Assembly (NCBI GenBank): GCA_942492765.1 | Contig: OW818634.1 | Location: 537,159 to 601,158, forward strand | From: an uncultured bacterium | GTDB taxonomy: Bacteria > Patescibacteriota > Patescibacteriia > Patescibacteriales > UBA12465 | DNA length: 64,000 nucleotides | Reading direction: 5' to 3' | Shown here: piece after piece, positions 1-10,173 of the stretch | Layout of the letters: each line of letters opens with the position of its first letter | Numbering within the stretch: the first letter of the stretch is position 1 | Translations under genes and position numbers: made by a program | Notes under the pieces: model-generated | What the model saw: the letters and a program-made list of their open reading frames with translations, nothing else | Told to the model about the DNA's origin: nothing | Database searches by the model: none

Positions 1-150
1 GAAGGAGAAAACGCCATCGAAGGCATACTAGAATTATCCGAGGGCATTCGCCGCGACTTTGGAATGGATATTGTCGATAACGGCTTTCACCGCTCAGATT
101 CCGTGGATAATGCGGACCTAGAAATAAAACTTTGGGGCCCATGGTTCTGA
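1..150 (+). CDS. ndk: Nucleoside diphosphate kinase, C-terminal fragment (5' end outside window)
   Basis: Frame 1 is open from the window edge to TGA at 148-150. The translation ...EGIRRDFGMDIVDNGFHRSDSVDNADLEIKLWGPWF fits the conserved NDK C-terminus (G-x-IR-x-DFG ... N-x-x-H-x-SDS-x-x-x-A-x-x-EI-x-x-W/F). Confidence 0.7.
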   Translation, partial: EGENAIEGILELSEGIRRDFGMDIVDNGFHRSDSVDNADLEIKLWGPWF

Positions 151-218
151 ATCTGAGACGATTATCTATCAAACATTTAACATTAATCAAAACAATTAAC
201 CCTAAAAAATCATTAATC

Positions 219-800
219 ATGGAAAAAAGCACAGTCAAAGAATACCTGGAAAAAAGCACAGTCAAAGAATACCTGAAAAAAAAGGCCGACAAGAATTTGA
301 GACCGCAGACTCATGACGAAGCTTATGAGATTGAAGTCAATGGATTTGTGGCCGGAGTAACCCTGGTCCTTGAGAACGCAGAAGCTAAAATGTTTACGGC
401 CGACATCCACCAGCAGCAGATCAGCGCTCTGGATAAGTTTATCGACGAAATTATCGAAGGCATTGTCAGTAAGCATATCCTGGTTGATGACAAGAAGAAA
501 AAAGATTTTCTTAATCTTATCAAGAAAATCGATAATCTTTTTTTGGTCCACGCTTTTGATATAAGACTGAAATGCCAGCCAAAGATGGACTTATTGGAAA
601 AAAGCGCCCTGCCCGCCTTCGAAGAGGCCATGCAGAAAAAAGCAGACCCTGCAGCCCTAACTTTATATGAGGTCTTAAGAAAAAAAATACATGATTGGGC
701 TGTCGAGGCGAACGCCGAACATCAGGAAATACTGAAAAGTCTCCAACAAATCGGATTTGATCTAAAAAACGAGATCAACGCTAAGAAGAAAAAATATTAA
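219..800 (+). CDS. Hypothetical protein (orphan, Lys-rich, helical) with N-terminal 9-aa duplication
   Basis: ORF 132..800 trimmed to the first ATG (219), because the upstream part overlaps the ndk end. It is followed by a hairpin terminator at 821-850. I recognise no motif. Confidence 0.55.
   Translation: MEKSTVKEYLEKSTVKEYLKKKADKNLRPQTHDEAYEIEVNGFVAGVTLVLENAEAKMFTADIHQQQISALDKFIDEIIEGIVSKHILVDDKKKKDFLNLIKKIDNLFLVHAFDIRLKCQPKMDLLEKSALPAFEEAMQKKADPAALTLYEVLRKKIHDWAVEANAEHQEILKSLQQIGFDLKNEINAKKKKY
222..275 (+). repeat. Perfect 27-bp tandem duplication (2 copies), in frame
   Basis: gaaaaaagcacagtcaaagaatacctg occurs at 222-248 and again at 249-275. It encodes EKSTVKEYL twice. Confidence 0.95.
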
Positions 801-820
801 AAAATAAAAATCACTAATCA

Positions 821-850
821 AAAAGAGCTAGAATCATCTAGCTCTTTTTT
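821..850. terminator. Bidirectional intrinsic terminator between convergent genes
   Basis: aaaaGAGCTAGAatcatCTAGCTCtttttt: an 8-bp stem flanked by an A-run and a T-run. Confidence 0.75.
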
Positions 851-876
851 CTTATCCAAAATATTATTTGTCCAGC

Positions 877-1935
877 CTAATTATCCAGCGAGCGCGGGTC
901 TTCCATCTGATTGACGGCGATCTCCTTGGTGATTTCACCGGCTTGGTATAATTCCTTGATATGCCGATCGAGAGTGACCATGCCGATTGAAGAGTTCGTC
1001 TCGATCGTCGATCTGATCTGGGCGATCTTCCCTTCCCGAATCAGATTCGCCACTGCTTCGTTATTGAGCAAAATCTCTCTCGCTGCCACTCGGCCGCCAC
1101 TGATACGTGGCAACAAGCGTTGCGAAATCACTGCCGTCAAAACTGAAGATAATTGCGATTTTATCTGACCCTGCTGATAAGGGGGAAAACTATCGATGAT
1201 GCGATCAATGGTTTGGGCGGCGCTATAGGTATGGAGAGTCGCTAAGACCAGATGACCGGTCTCAGCCAAGGTCACGGCCATGGCTATTGTTTCTGGGTCG
1301 CGCATCTCTCCGACCATGATGACGTTGGGATCCTGACGGAGCACATGCTTCAGGCCGCTAGCGAAAGTAAGCATGTCTGTGCCTAATTGGCGCTGAGAAA
1401 TTATGCTCTTATCCGGCTTAAACATGAACTCGATCGGATCTTCTAAAGTAATGATATTCGCGCGCCGCGTCGAATTGATATGATTAACCATGGCGGCCAG
1501 GGTCGTAGATTTACCGCAGCCAGTCGGACCGGTGACAAGAATGAAGCCTTGCGCCAATTTCATCAAATCTTCGACGACGGGCGGCATGCCGAGATCCTTC
1601 AAGGTCGGCTGATGCTCGTCGATGATGCGAGCGACGATATTTATATTATTCTTCTCGAAAGCGAAATTGACGCGATAACGGTAATTCTCAACCTGATAGC
1701 CCATATCCAGATCGCGCTTATCAAGGAATCTAGCCTTCTGCTCCTTGGTCAGCATGACGTCCAGGAAAGATTCGAGATCAATCGCCGTCAAGGACGCGAA
1801 CTGGCCGTCAGTAACGATGTTATTAATATCCAAAAGCTCGCCGTCTATCCTTAAGACCGGCGCTTGGCCATATAACAGATGAATATCCGACGCTTTCTTG
1901 GCGGCGGCTAATTTAAAAAGATTATTTATATCCAT
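877..1935 (-). CDS. pilT: Type IV pilus retraction ATPase PilT (twitching motility protein)
   Basis: Walker A GPTGCGKSTT, Asp/Walker B region MVGEMRD, His box HLVLATLHT, and PilT-like length. The listed start at 1941 is TTG; the ATG two codons downstream (1935) is preferred. Confidence 0.85.
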   Translation of the reverse strand: MDINNLFKLAAAKKASDIHLLYGQAPVLRIDGELLDINNIVTDGQFASLTAIDLESFLDVMLTKEQKARFLDKRDLDMGYQVENYRYRVNFAFEKNNINIVARIIDEHQPTLKDLGMPPVVEDLMKLAQGFILVTGPTGCGKSTTLAAMVNHINSTRRANIITLEDPIEFMFKPDKSIISQRQLGTDMLTFASGLKHVLRQDPNVIMVGEMRDPETIAMAVTLAETGHLVLATLHTYSAAQTIDRIIDSFPPYQQGQIKSQLSSVLTAVISQRLLPRISGGRVAAREILLNNEAVANLIREGKIAQIRSTIETNSSIGMVTLDRHIKELYQAGEITKEIAVNQMEDPRSLDN

Positions 1936-1947
1936 AGACAAGCATTA

Positions 1948-2646
1948 TTACCAGCCCATTTGCTTCAGGCCGCTCGCGGCGGCATCGACTTGGGCCTCCT
2001 GCTTGGAAGAGCCTTTGCCGGAAGCTACCATTTCTTCGCCAAGATATAGGCCGACAGTAAATATTTTTGCGTGGTCAGGACCTTGTTCATCAAGAATCTC
2101 ATAATGCGGCGTGATGCCTTTATGCTCCTGGGCTTTTTCTTGAAAAGTGGATTTAGGATCGAGATAGGTCTGGTTCCTTAAAATATCATCGAGCTTGGAA
2201 ACGACATTCTTCAAGATAAATTTTTTGGCAGCGCCTATTCCCTGATCCAAATACATGGCGCCGATGATCGCTTCAACGGCGTTAGCCAAGATGAATTGAC
2301 GAGACTTCTTATTTTTATCGCGCGATTCCCCTTTAGAAAGATACAGGCAATCTTCGATGCCGAGTTCAGCCGCGACTTCGTAAAGCATCTTGGCGTTAAC
2401 GAGCGAGGCGCGCCAATTAGTCAGGTCTCCTTCCGGAGTATCCACGAAACTAAGATAAAGATATTCCGTCACGACAATCTCGAGCACGGCGTCGCCCAAA
2501 AATTCCAAGCGTTCGTTATGGCCCATCTTGAAATCGGGATGTTCATTAAGATAGGAGCGATGCACCAAGGCCTGCTTCAAAAAGCTATCATCCTTGAACT
2601 TGACGCCCAATCTTTTCTGTAATTTTGTCAGATCGTTATTATTCAT
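1948..2646 (-). CDS. rnc: Ribonuclease III
   Basis: RNase III signature ERLEFLGDAVL plus a C-terminal dsRBD-like segment (GSSKQEAQVDAA). Confidence 0.95.
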   Translation of the reverse strand: MNNNDLTKLQKRLGVKFKDDSFLKQALVHRSYLNEHPDFKMGHNERLEFLGDAVLEIVVTEYLYLSFVDTPEGDLTNWRASLVNAKMLYEVAAELGIEDCLYLSKGESRDKNKKSRQFILANAVEAIIGAMYLDQGIGAAKKFILKNVVSKLDDILRNQTYLDPKSTFQEKAQEHKGITPHYEILDEQGPDHAKIFTVGLYLGEEMVASGKGSSKQEAQVDAAASGLKQMGW

Positions 2647-2663
2647 ATTAACAAGACAGACGC

Positions 2664-3185
2664 CTAGGAGATAGCGGCGTCTGTATCTTCGTTCTTAGTA
2701 GCTAAATCTTCCTGCTTAGCGGCCTCTTCTTTCTTGGCCGCCTCCGCTTCTTCCTTATTATCCCTCTTCTGGATTTCCGGCTCATCATTATACAAGGCGC
2801 CGAGCACGCCATTGACGAATTTTCCGGAAGCATCGCCGCCAAAGCTCTTGGCGACTTCAATAGCTTCATTGATCGCTACCCGCGGCGGGATCGGAGAATG
2901 GAGAAGCTCATAAATGCCTAAACGCAGGATATTGCGATCGATAGTTGTAATCTGATCTAGCGGCCATTCAGTCGCATATTTGACGATCAAACGGTTGATT
3001 TCCTCGAGATTGTCTCTAACGCCCAGCACGAGATCTCTGACAAAGCCGCCGTCATCAAAATTAGGAGCAAAATTAGCAAAATTATCGACTATTAGCCGCT
3101 CAATATCGCCATCTTTCTGACCATTAAAATCCCAAGCAAACAAAGTTTGCAGGGCGATAGTCCGAGCTAGATGCCGGTTAGACAT
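2664..3185 (-). CDS. nusB: Transcription antitermination factor NusB with acidic/Lys C-terminal extension
   Basis: Typical NusB core ([10 protein letters not shown]..., [26 protein letters not shown]). The last ~35 aa are an E/K/A-rich tail. The start overlaps the rpmF stop by 8 nt. Confidence 0.9.
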   Translation of the reverse strand: MSNRHLARTIALQTLFAWDFNGQKDGDIERLIVDNFANFAPNFDDGGFVRDLVLGVRDNLEEINRLIVKYATEWPLDQITTIDRNILRLGIYELLHSPIPPRVAINEAIEVAKSFGGDASGKFVNGVLGALYNDEPEIQKRDNKEEAEAAKKEEAAKQEDLATKNEDTDAAIS

Positions 3186-3390
3186 AATTATTTTTTCTTA
3201 AGAGAAGCCGCTTTGATCTTAACTTTGCGAATCTCTTTGCCTTTATAGGTCCGCAAAGAGCACAGGCGGTATGAGGCTTAACAGCCTTACCACATTTCGG
3301 GCACTTGTTCAGCACGACTTTCTTAAGAGCTAAATGCGCGCGACCTTTATGGGTAGCGGCATGAGTCTTCTGTTTCTTAGGATTGGCCAT
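3178..3390 (-). CDS. rpmF: 50S ribosomal protein L32
   Basis: [19 protein letters not shown]... plus the zinc ribbon CPKCG...HTACALCG, typical of L32. Confidence 0.9.
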   Translation of the reverse strand: MANPKKQKTHAATHKGRAHLALKKVVLNKCPKCGKAVKPHTACALCGPIKAKRFAKLRSKRLLLRKNNYV

Positions 3391-3458
3391 ATGTTTTTAC
3401 TTTATATTTTATAAATTATAGCTATTTTCAGTATAACTTAAAACCAGCATTAGTCAAA

Positions 3459-5288
<1,830 letters not shown>

Positions 5289-5356
5289 GTTATTGGAAAT
5301 TACCTGACAGATTTATCTATTCTCATTTTATACGGAAACGCCGTTTTTGGCAATAT

Positions 5357-5384
5357 AAAAACGCCCGTTTTAACGGGCATTTTT
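5357..5384 (-). terminator. Intrinsic terminator downstream of rpsA
   Basis: The minus strand reads aaaaaTGCCCGTtaaaACGGGCGttttt: a GC-rich hairpin plus a U-tract. Confidence 0.75.
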
Positions 5385-5391
5385 ATGCTTA

Positions 5392-6663
5392 TTATTTAGC
5401 TTTCTTAGCAGTCTTGGTCTTCTTTTCTTTCTTATCTTCTTTATCTGCCTTTTCTTTCTTCTCTTCTTTTTCATCCTTCTCTTCCTTCACTTTCTTGGCT
5501 TTAGCCGGCTTCTCAGATTTCTCTTCGGTCTCCTCAGCCTTCTCTTCGGCTTTCTTAGCTTTCTTGGCCTTAGAACCGGCATCGGCCAACTTCAGGCCCA
5601 AACGATGCTCGCTCGGAGAGATGCTGACAATCTCGAAGTCTTTGACTTCATTGGACTGGAATAGATCAGTAATCTTATCCTTGCTATCTAGGCTCAATTG
5701 GCTGACATGAGCCAATCCATGAATCTCGTCATCGAGCTTCACGAATAATCCGAACGGATTGACCTTGAGGATAGTGCCTGGAACGATCTGGCCGATCTGA
5801 TACTTAGCGCTCGCCTCCATCCACGGATCGCGGAGCAGCTTTTTGGCGCTTAAGAAGACCTTGGCGCCATCGATAGAGATGATTTCCGCCTTGATTTTAT
5901 CGCCGACCTTATACATCTCGCTTGGAGAATCTATTCTCTGCCAAGCTAATTCTGAAATATGGATCAAGCCTTCGATATTCTCGCCGAAAGAGACGAAAAC
6001 GCCGAAATTAGTGATAGCGGTGATGCGGCCTTCAACGGCCATGCCGATCTTGTACTTATCTAAAGCCGGCTTCTGTTTCTTATTCCAGACATCCTTCTCG
6101 CTGAAGATGATTTTATTATCCGCTTCGCTGAGAGTGATGACAGTGACTTCAAATTCTTGGCCGACGAAAGATTTCAATTTCTCTAAGATCTTGCTCTTAT
6201 CGCCTCCGGAAATGCGCGGATAATTCTCTGGCGCTAACTGAGAGACAGGCAAGAAGCCATCGATCTGGCAATAACGGCTAAGCAAGCCGCCTTTATTAGC
6301 GTCGACGATCTTGACCTTAACCGTGGTCTTGTCCTTGAGAGCCTGATGCAGTTTTGCCCAAGCTTTCTCTTGGCCGACCAAACGGAAAGATAATTCTAAT
6401 TCGCCGTTCTCATTTTCCGCGTCGATAACCGCAGCCTCAATCTCATCGCCTGGCTTCAAGCTAGAAAATTCCTCGACTTCATTATAAAGCTCAGGACCGC
6501 GAACGATGCCCATCAAGACGCCGTCGATATCTAATTTGACTTCAGCCTTAGAGGCGGCGACGACTACGCCTTTGATGATTTCTCCGACCTGGGGAATCCT
6601 AGTAGTGTCCTTTTCGAACAGCTGTGCGAATTCGCTAGCGTCTTCAATTTTTTTATCTTCCAT
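5392..6663 (-). CDS. rpsA: 30S ribosomal protein S1 (four S1 domains) with ~60-aa Lys/Glu-rich tail
   Basis: Repeated S1/OB motifs (G.I..G.V..., FGVFVSFG, FGLFVKL, GLIHISEL, GLAHVSQL). The C-terminus is KAKKAKKAEEKAEETEEK...KKEKKTKTAKKAK. Confidence 0.9.
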   Translation of the reverse strand: MEDKKIEDASEFAQLFEKDTTRIPQVGEIIKGVVVAASKAEVKLDIDGVLMGIVRGPELYNEVEEFSSLKPGDEIEAAVIDAENENGELELSFRLVGQEKAWAKLHQALKDKTTVKVKIVDANKGGLLSRYCQIDGFLPVSQLAPENYPRISGGDKSKILEKLKSFVGQEFEVTVITLSEADNKIIFSEKDVWNKKQKPALDKYKIGMAVEGRITAITNFGVFVSFGENIEGLIHISELAWQRIDSPSEMYKVGDKIKAEIISIDGAKVFLSAKKLLRDPWMEASAKYQIGQIVPGTILKVNPFGLFVKLDDEIHGLAHVSQLSLDSKDKITDLFQSNEVKDFEIVSISPSEHRLGLKLADAGSKAKKAKKAEEKAEETEEKSEKPAKAKKVKEEKDEKEEKKEKADKEDKKEKKTKTAKKAK

Positions 6664-6809
6664 ATATATGAGCTTGCTTTTTTACTAATATTAATAAAAA
6701 AAGCTTGCTTAACCCAATCAATGATCGAGCCCCGAGGCCACCTCTAGCTAAAACAAGCTATGAAATCCGCGGGTTATCTTATAGGTGAATATTTAATTAA
6801 TGTATTGAT

Positions 6810-6838
6810 AGTTTACAAAAGAAACGGGCGCCTGTCAA
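6810..6838 (-). promoter_or_regulatory. Sigma70-type promoter for rpsA (long ~140-nt leader)
   Basis: The minus strand reads TTGACA (6838-6833), a 17-nt spacer, then TAAACT (6815-6810). It lies directly after the upstream kinase stop codon. Confidence 0.45.
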
Positions 6839-6842
6839 TACA

Positions 6843-8279
6843 TCACTTCGGCGGCAAAGTAAAGTAGAAAGTCGTACCCTTATCCTGCTCCGATTCAAAC
6901 CACATCCGGCCGCCATGAGCCTCAACTATGCTCTTGGCGATATAGAGGCCGAGCCCGGTGCCATTCGTCGAGACAGCGGTAATATTGTCGGCACGGAAAA
7001 ATTTCTGAAAGATGCGGCTCTTCTGGCTTTCCGGGATACCGAAACCAAAATCCTGAACAGAAACTCGCAACGAGTCGTCTATCTGTTTAAAGCCGATGAT
7101 AATCTTCTTATTTTTGCCGGAATACTTGATCGAGTTATTAACGAGATTGGTCAGGACTTGATAGATCTTATCCCGGTCGAACTTCAAAACTACCTTATCA
7201 GACATATCCTTGTCCGATGTTATCCTGATATCGCTGTCTGGCAAGACGACCTTTTGATCATTTATCACTTCTCTAGCTAGAGAAATGATATCTCCCGACT
7301 GCTTATCGATTGCGAATTTATGTCCGGTTTCTATATGGGAAACATCGAGCAAGTCATTAACCAAACGGATCATCCGTTCATTGCTATCGTAGATCTGGCG
7401 GATGAACTCCGCCTGCTTATCTGACAGTTTCCCGATTTTATTTTCTAACAACAATTGTCCGAACCACTTGATGCCCGTCAGGGGGGAACGCAATTGATGA
7501 GAGGCGACGGAAATGAATTCTGATTTGATCTGCTCGATCTGTTTGGCTCGGCTGATATCGCGGATAATTGCCATCACTGCCATCCGGCCATCGAAATCAA
7601 TCAGAGAGCTATTAGTCTCTACAAATATGGCTTGGCCGTTTTTCTTGACTAGCTCGAACTCATAGCGTCCGGCGGTCGGCAAGATCTGAAAGCCTAGTGC
7701 CTGTCTCTCAGCGGCCGTTTTCTTATATTTGTCTGCTATAAAATCCGTTAGTGGGCGGCCGATTACTTCTGACAAGCTATATCCGGAAATATCCTGCACA
7801 GCCTTATTACCAAACTTTATCAGGCCATCTTGGATGACTAGTACGCCGTCGCTGGAATGCTCAACCAAGGTACTATATTTTTCTTCCGACCGTCTGATCT
7901 GCTTCTCCCAATTATGGCGCTCGGTAATATCCTCAATAATCGCCAAAAAATAGAGCGGATTATTGTTAGCATCTCTAGTCAGAGTGACATTAATGCGAGC
8001 CGAAATGATTTTCTTATCTTTTCTGATATAGTGCTTGTCAATCTTATAGACATCGAGGTCTCCCTTGATCAAACCCTGAATATTATCCACATCTCTCCGA
8101 ATCTCCTTCGGAAGAGTGATGTCCATAAAAGTCATTTTCTTGAGCTCCGCTTCGGAATAACCCCAAAGATTAACGGCGGCCTGGTTGACGCTGATAAACT
8201 TATTATCTAAACCGACCAAAACAATAGCGAACGGACTGCCCTCATAGATTGCGCGAAAACGAGCCTCATTATTCTTCAA
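6843..8279 (-). CDS. PAS-PAS sensor histidine kinase (soluble, no TM segment)
   Basis: Two PAS-like modules, H-box SHQLRSPLT, N-box NLVNNSIKYS, G-boxes DFGFGI and GTGLGLYIAK. The start is TTG and overlaps the upstream stop (TTGA). Confidence 0.9.
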   Translation of the reverse strand: MKNNEARFRAIYEGSPFAIVLVGLDNKFISVNQAAVNLWGYSEAELKKMTFMDITLPKEIRRDVDNIQGLIKGDLDVYKIDKHYIRKDKKIISARINVTLTRDANNNPLYFLAIIEDITERHNWEKQIRRSEEKYSTLVEHSSDGVLVIQDGLIKFGNKAVQDISGYSLSEVIGRPLTDFIADKYKKTAAERQALGFQILPTAGRYEFELVKKNGQAIFVETNSSLIDFDGRMAVMAIIRDISRAKQIEQIKSEFISVASHQLRSPLTGIKWFGQLLLENKIGKLSDKQAEFIRQIYDSNERMIRLVNDLLDVSHIETGHKFAIDKQSGDIISLAREVINDQKVVLPDSDIRITSDKDMSDKVVLKFDRDKIYQVLTNLVNNSIKYSGKNKKIIIGFKQIDDSLRVSVQDFGFGIPESQKSRIFQKFFRADNITAVSTNGTGLGLYIAKSIVEAHGGRMWFESEQDKGTTFYFTLPPK

Positions 8280-8959
8280 CTTCGATTCAGCGTCATAGCG
8301 CGCTGAAATATCACGACCGAATGATTGCCCTCGCTCAATTTGAAATTGGCCTGGTTATGATCAACTTGCCAAAGGCCATCCTTGCCGACTTCGGCCGTAT
8401 AGACAGCAGTGGAAACATCAGTCAGCAGTAGGACGACGGTAGAATAAGGCTGGCCCTGACCGAAGAAAGAATAATTTCCTCCCTTCACTTTCCGAACCTC
8501 AGTCAATCGCGGCTTCGGCGTCGAGCTGACGATACGCGCTGTCTGGATTCCGGTTTCAGCCGTAATAATATTATTGCCCAAAATGTCAGCTGGCTGCAGC
8601 CCAGAAACCGAATACAGCTGTAGCGGGCCATGAATGGCTGGAAACAGAACGATCAAGGCCAGCTTGAACGCCCAAACAAGGGCGACCGCCCCGACGCCGG
8701 TGATAGTCAGGATGCGGCGCAAGCTATAATCGAAATTGACCTTGGCGTAGCTGCCTCTCTCGGCAAAATAGGCCATGACCTTCTTCGGACTGAGCGCTAA
8801 ATAAAGCGGCAAGGAAATCAAGCTCAGGAGGATTTCCATGATGATCAGGCCGATGATGCCAGCGACCGCCTTAAGGCCGGACTGGCCGATGACGACTTGT
8901 TTCCGGCCGTAGATATTGTTAGTCAGCCGCAAGACTATGTTTAACCATTTATTCTTCAT
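8276..8959 (-). CDS. Membrane protein (2 TM) with C-terminal Ig-like beta-sandwich domain
   Basis: Two hydrophobic helices (AVAGIIGLIIMEILLSLISLPLYLAL; ILTITGVGAVALVWAFKLALIVLF). The C-terminal segment YTAEVGKDGLWQVDHNQANFKLSEGNHSVVIF resembles bacterial Ig-like folds. Translationally coupled to the kinase. Confidence 0.6.
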   Translation of the reverse strand: MKNKWLNIVLRLTNNIYGRKQVVIGQSGLKAVAGIIGLIIMEILLSLISLPLYLALSPKKVMAYFAERGSYAKVNFDYSLRRILTITGVGAVALVWAFKLALIVLFPAIHGPLQLYSVSGLQPADILGNNIITAETGIQTARIVSSTPKPRLTEVRKVKGGNYSFFGQGQPYSTVVLLLTDVSTAVYTAEVGKDGLWQVDHNQANFKLSEGNHSVVIFQRAMTLNRS

Positions 8960-9063
8960 ATTTAATCGCTTAATTTTTTAAAAAAACTCAAACAAAAATG
9001 CCTGAGCTTCTCTTGAGCTTCTTGATTAAAATAAAATTGACGCCTTTAAGGTGCTAATTTTTC

Positions 9064-9447
9064 TCAATCTTTCAATATCTTAGCGATCTTATCTCTGAGA
9101 TCGGACAAGTCTGTCCCCGACTTCACGAAATAATCGAGGGCGCCCAGGCCCTTGGCCTTGGCAATGCTATCTTGGTCGCCTAAATTAGACAGGACGACGA
9201 CAGGAATATTCTTAAGAGCGGAATCGGCTTTTATATATCGAAGAAAATCGAAGCCATTCATCTTCGGGAGCAGCAAGTCAAGAAGAATTATGTCTGGCTT
9301 GACGCGCCCGGCCATCTTCAAACCAGTGTCCCCGTCCGAAGCGGTCGTGATCGTATAGTTTTCTTCATGCAAGGCTAGATAAAGGGCACGAAGCAACACT
9401 TCATCATCTTCAATAATCATCATTATTATCTTTTTGGTCTTAGACAT
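9064..9447 (-). CDS. Response regulator, receiver domain only
   Basis: CheY-like pattern: acidic pocket EDDE, phospho-acceptor in IILLDLLLPKMNG, T/S (VVVLSN), conserved K (YFVKS). No output domain. Confidence 0.9.
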   Translation of the reverse strand: MSKTKKIIMMIIEDDEVLLRALYLALHEENYTITTASDGDTGLKMAGRVKPDIILLDLLLPKMNGFDFLRYIKADSALKNIPVVVLSNLGDQDSIAKAKGLGALDYFVKSGTDLSDLRDKIAKILKD

Positions 9448-9448
9448 A

Positions 9449-9850
9449 TTATTTTTTTAATTTATCTTTCACGTAATCGACAATTATATCTATCTTGGTG
9501 TTAGCCTTCAAGAAATATTGATCCGCTCCCAGGGCTTTGACCGCCTTGACATCGCTCACTTGGCTTAGATTAGAGACGACGACGACAGGGATCTTTTCGG
9601 TTTTAGTGTCTTCTTTAAGCTGCTTCAGGACCGCAAAGCCATCCAATCCCGGAAGGATTAGATCTAGTATTATTATATTCGGCGAGAAGCGAATGACTTC
9701 ATTGAAGACTTTAGAGCCGTCAGCGACCACGGAAACCTTAAACTTCTCCGCTTTAAAGCTTTCGGCCATGACCATCGACAACATCGAGTCGTCTTCTACG
9801 ACCAGAACGCGGCCGGCTGGAGCCTGCCTGTTGAATAATCTTATATGCAT
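9449..9850 (-). CDS. Response regulator, receiver domain only
   Basis: CheY-like pattern: VEDD, IIILDLILPGLDG, VVVVSN, YFLKA. The stop lies 1 nt before the next start. Confidence 0.9.
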   Translation of the reverse strand: MHIRLFNRQAPAGRVLVVEDDSMLSMVMAESFKAEKFKVSVVADGSKVFNEVIRFSPNIIILDLILPGLDGFAVLKQLKEDTKTEKIPVVVVSNLSQVSDVKAVKALGADQYFLKANTKIDIIVDYVKDKLKK

Positions 9851-9896
9851 GTCTTAATAATACCCAATTCCTACCATTTAGTAAATAGAAAAAGGA

Positions 9897-9927
9897 CATA
9901 AAAAGGGGCAACGTTTATCGTTGCCCC
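9897..9927 (-). terminator. Intrinsic terminator after the 61-aa ORF
   Basis: The minus strand reads GGGGCAACGataaaCGTTGCCCCtttttat. Confidence 0.75.
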
Positions 9928-9950
9928 TTGTCTGATTTTCCTAGAATCCG

Positions 9951-10136
9951 TTAAAAAGTAGCGTATCGCTTGTCGTCGTCAAAAGCGAATGTGATCTTAT
10001 TAGTATTCGGATCCCACAGGTACCTCCTAGCTCCGTCAGAAATGATAAGTTCGTCCCCAGATGTCCCAACCTCACTAACTCCGCACTCCTTAAGCTCGTC
10101 TCTAGTGTAAGTCCGGCCTACTATTATTTTTTCCAT
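9951..10136 (-). CDS. Hypothetical mini-protein (61 aa), paralog of 12741..12965
   Basis: ORF 9951..10145 starts at TTG; the ATG at 10136 is preferred. It shares an ungapped pattern with the 74-aa ORF (T-x3-LK-x2-G ... RR-x2-W-x-P ... [KD]RY). A terminator follows. Confidence 0.5.
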   Translation of the reverse strand: MEKIIVGRTYTRDELKECGVSEVGTSGDELIISDGARRYLWDPNTNKITFAFDDDKRYATF

Positions 10137-10173
10137 TCTCTTCAAGATTTAATGAACATAAACGTGTATTTTT

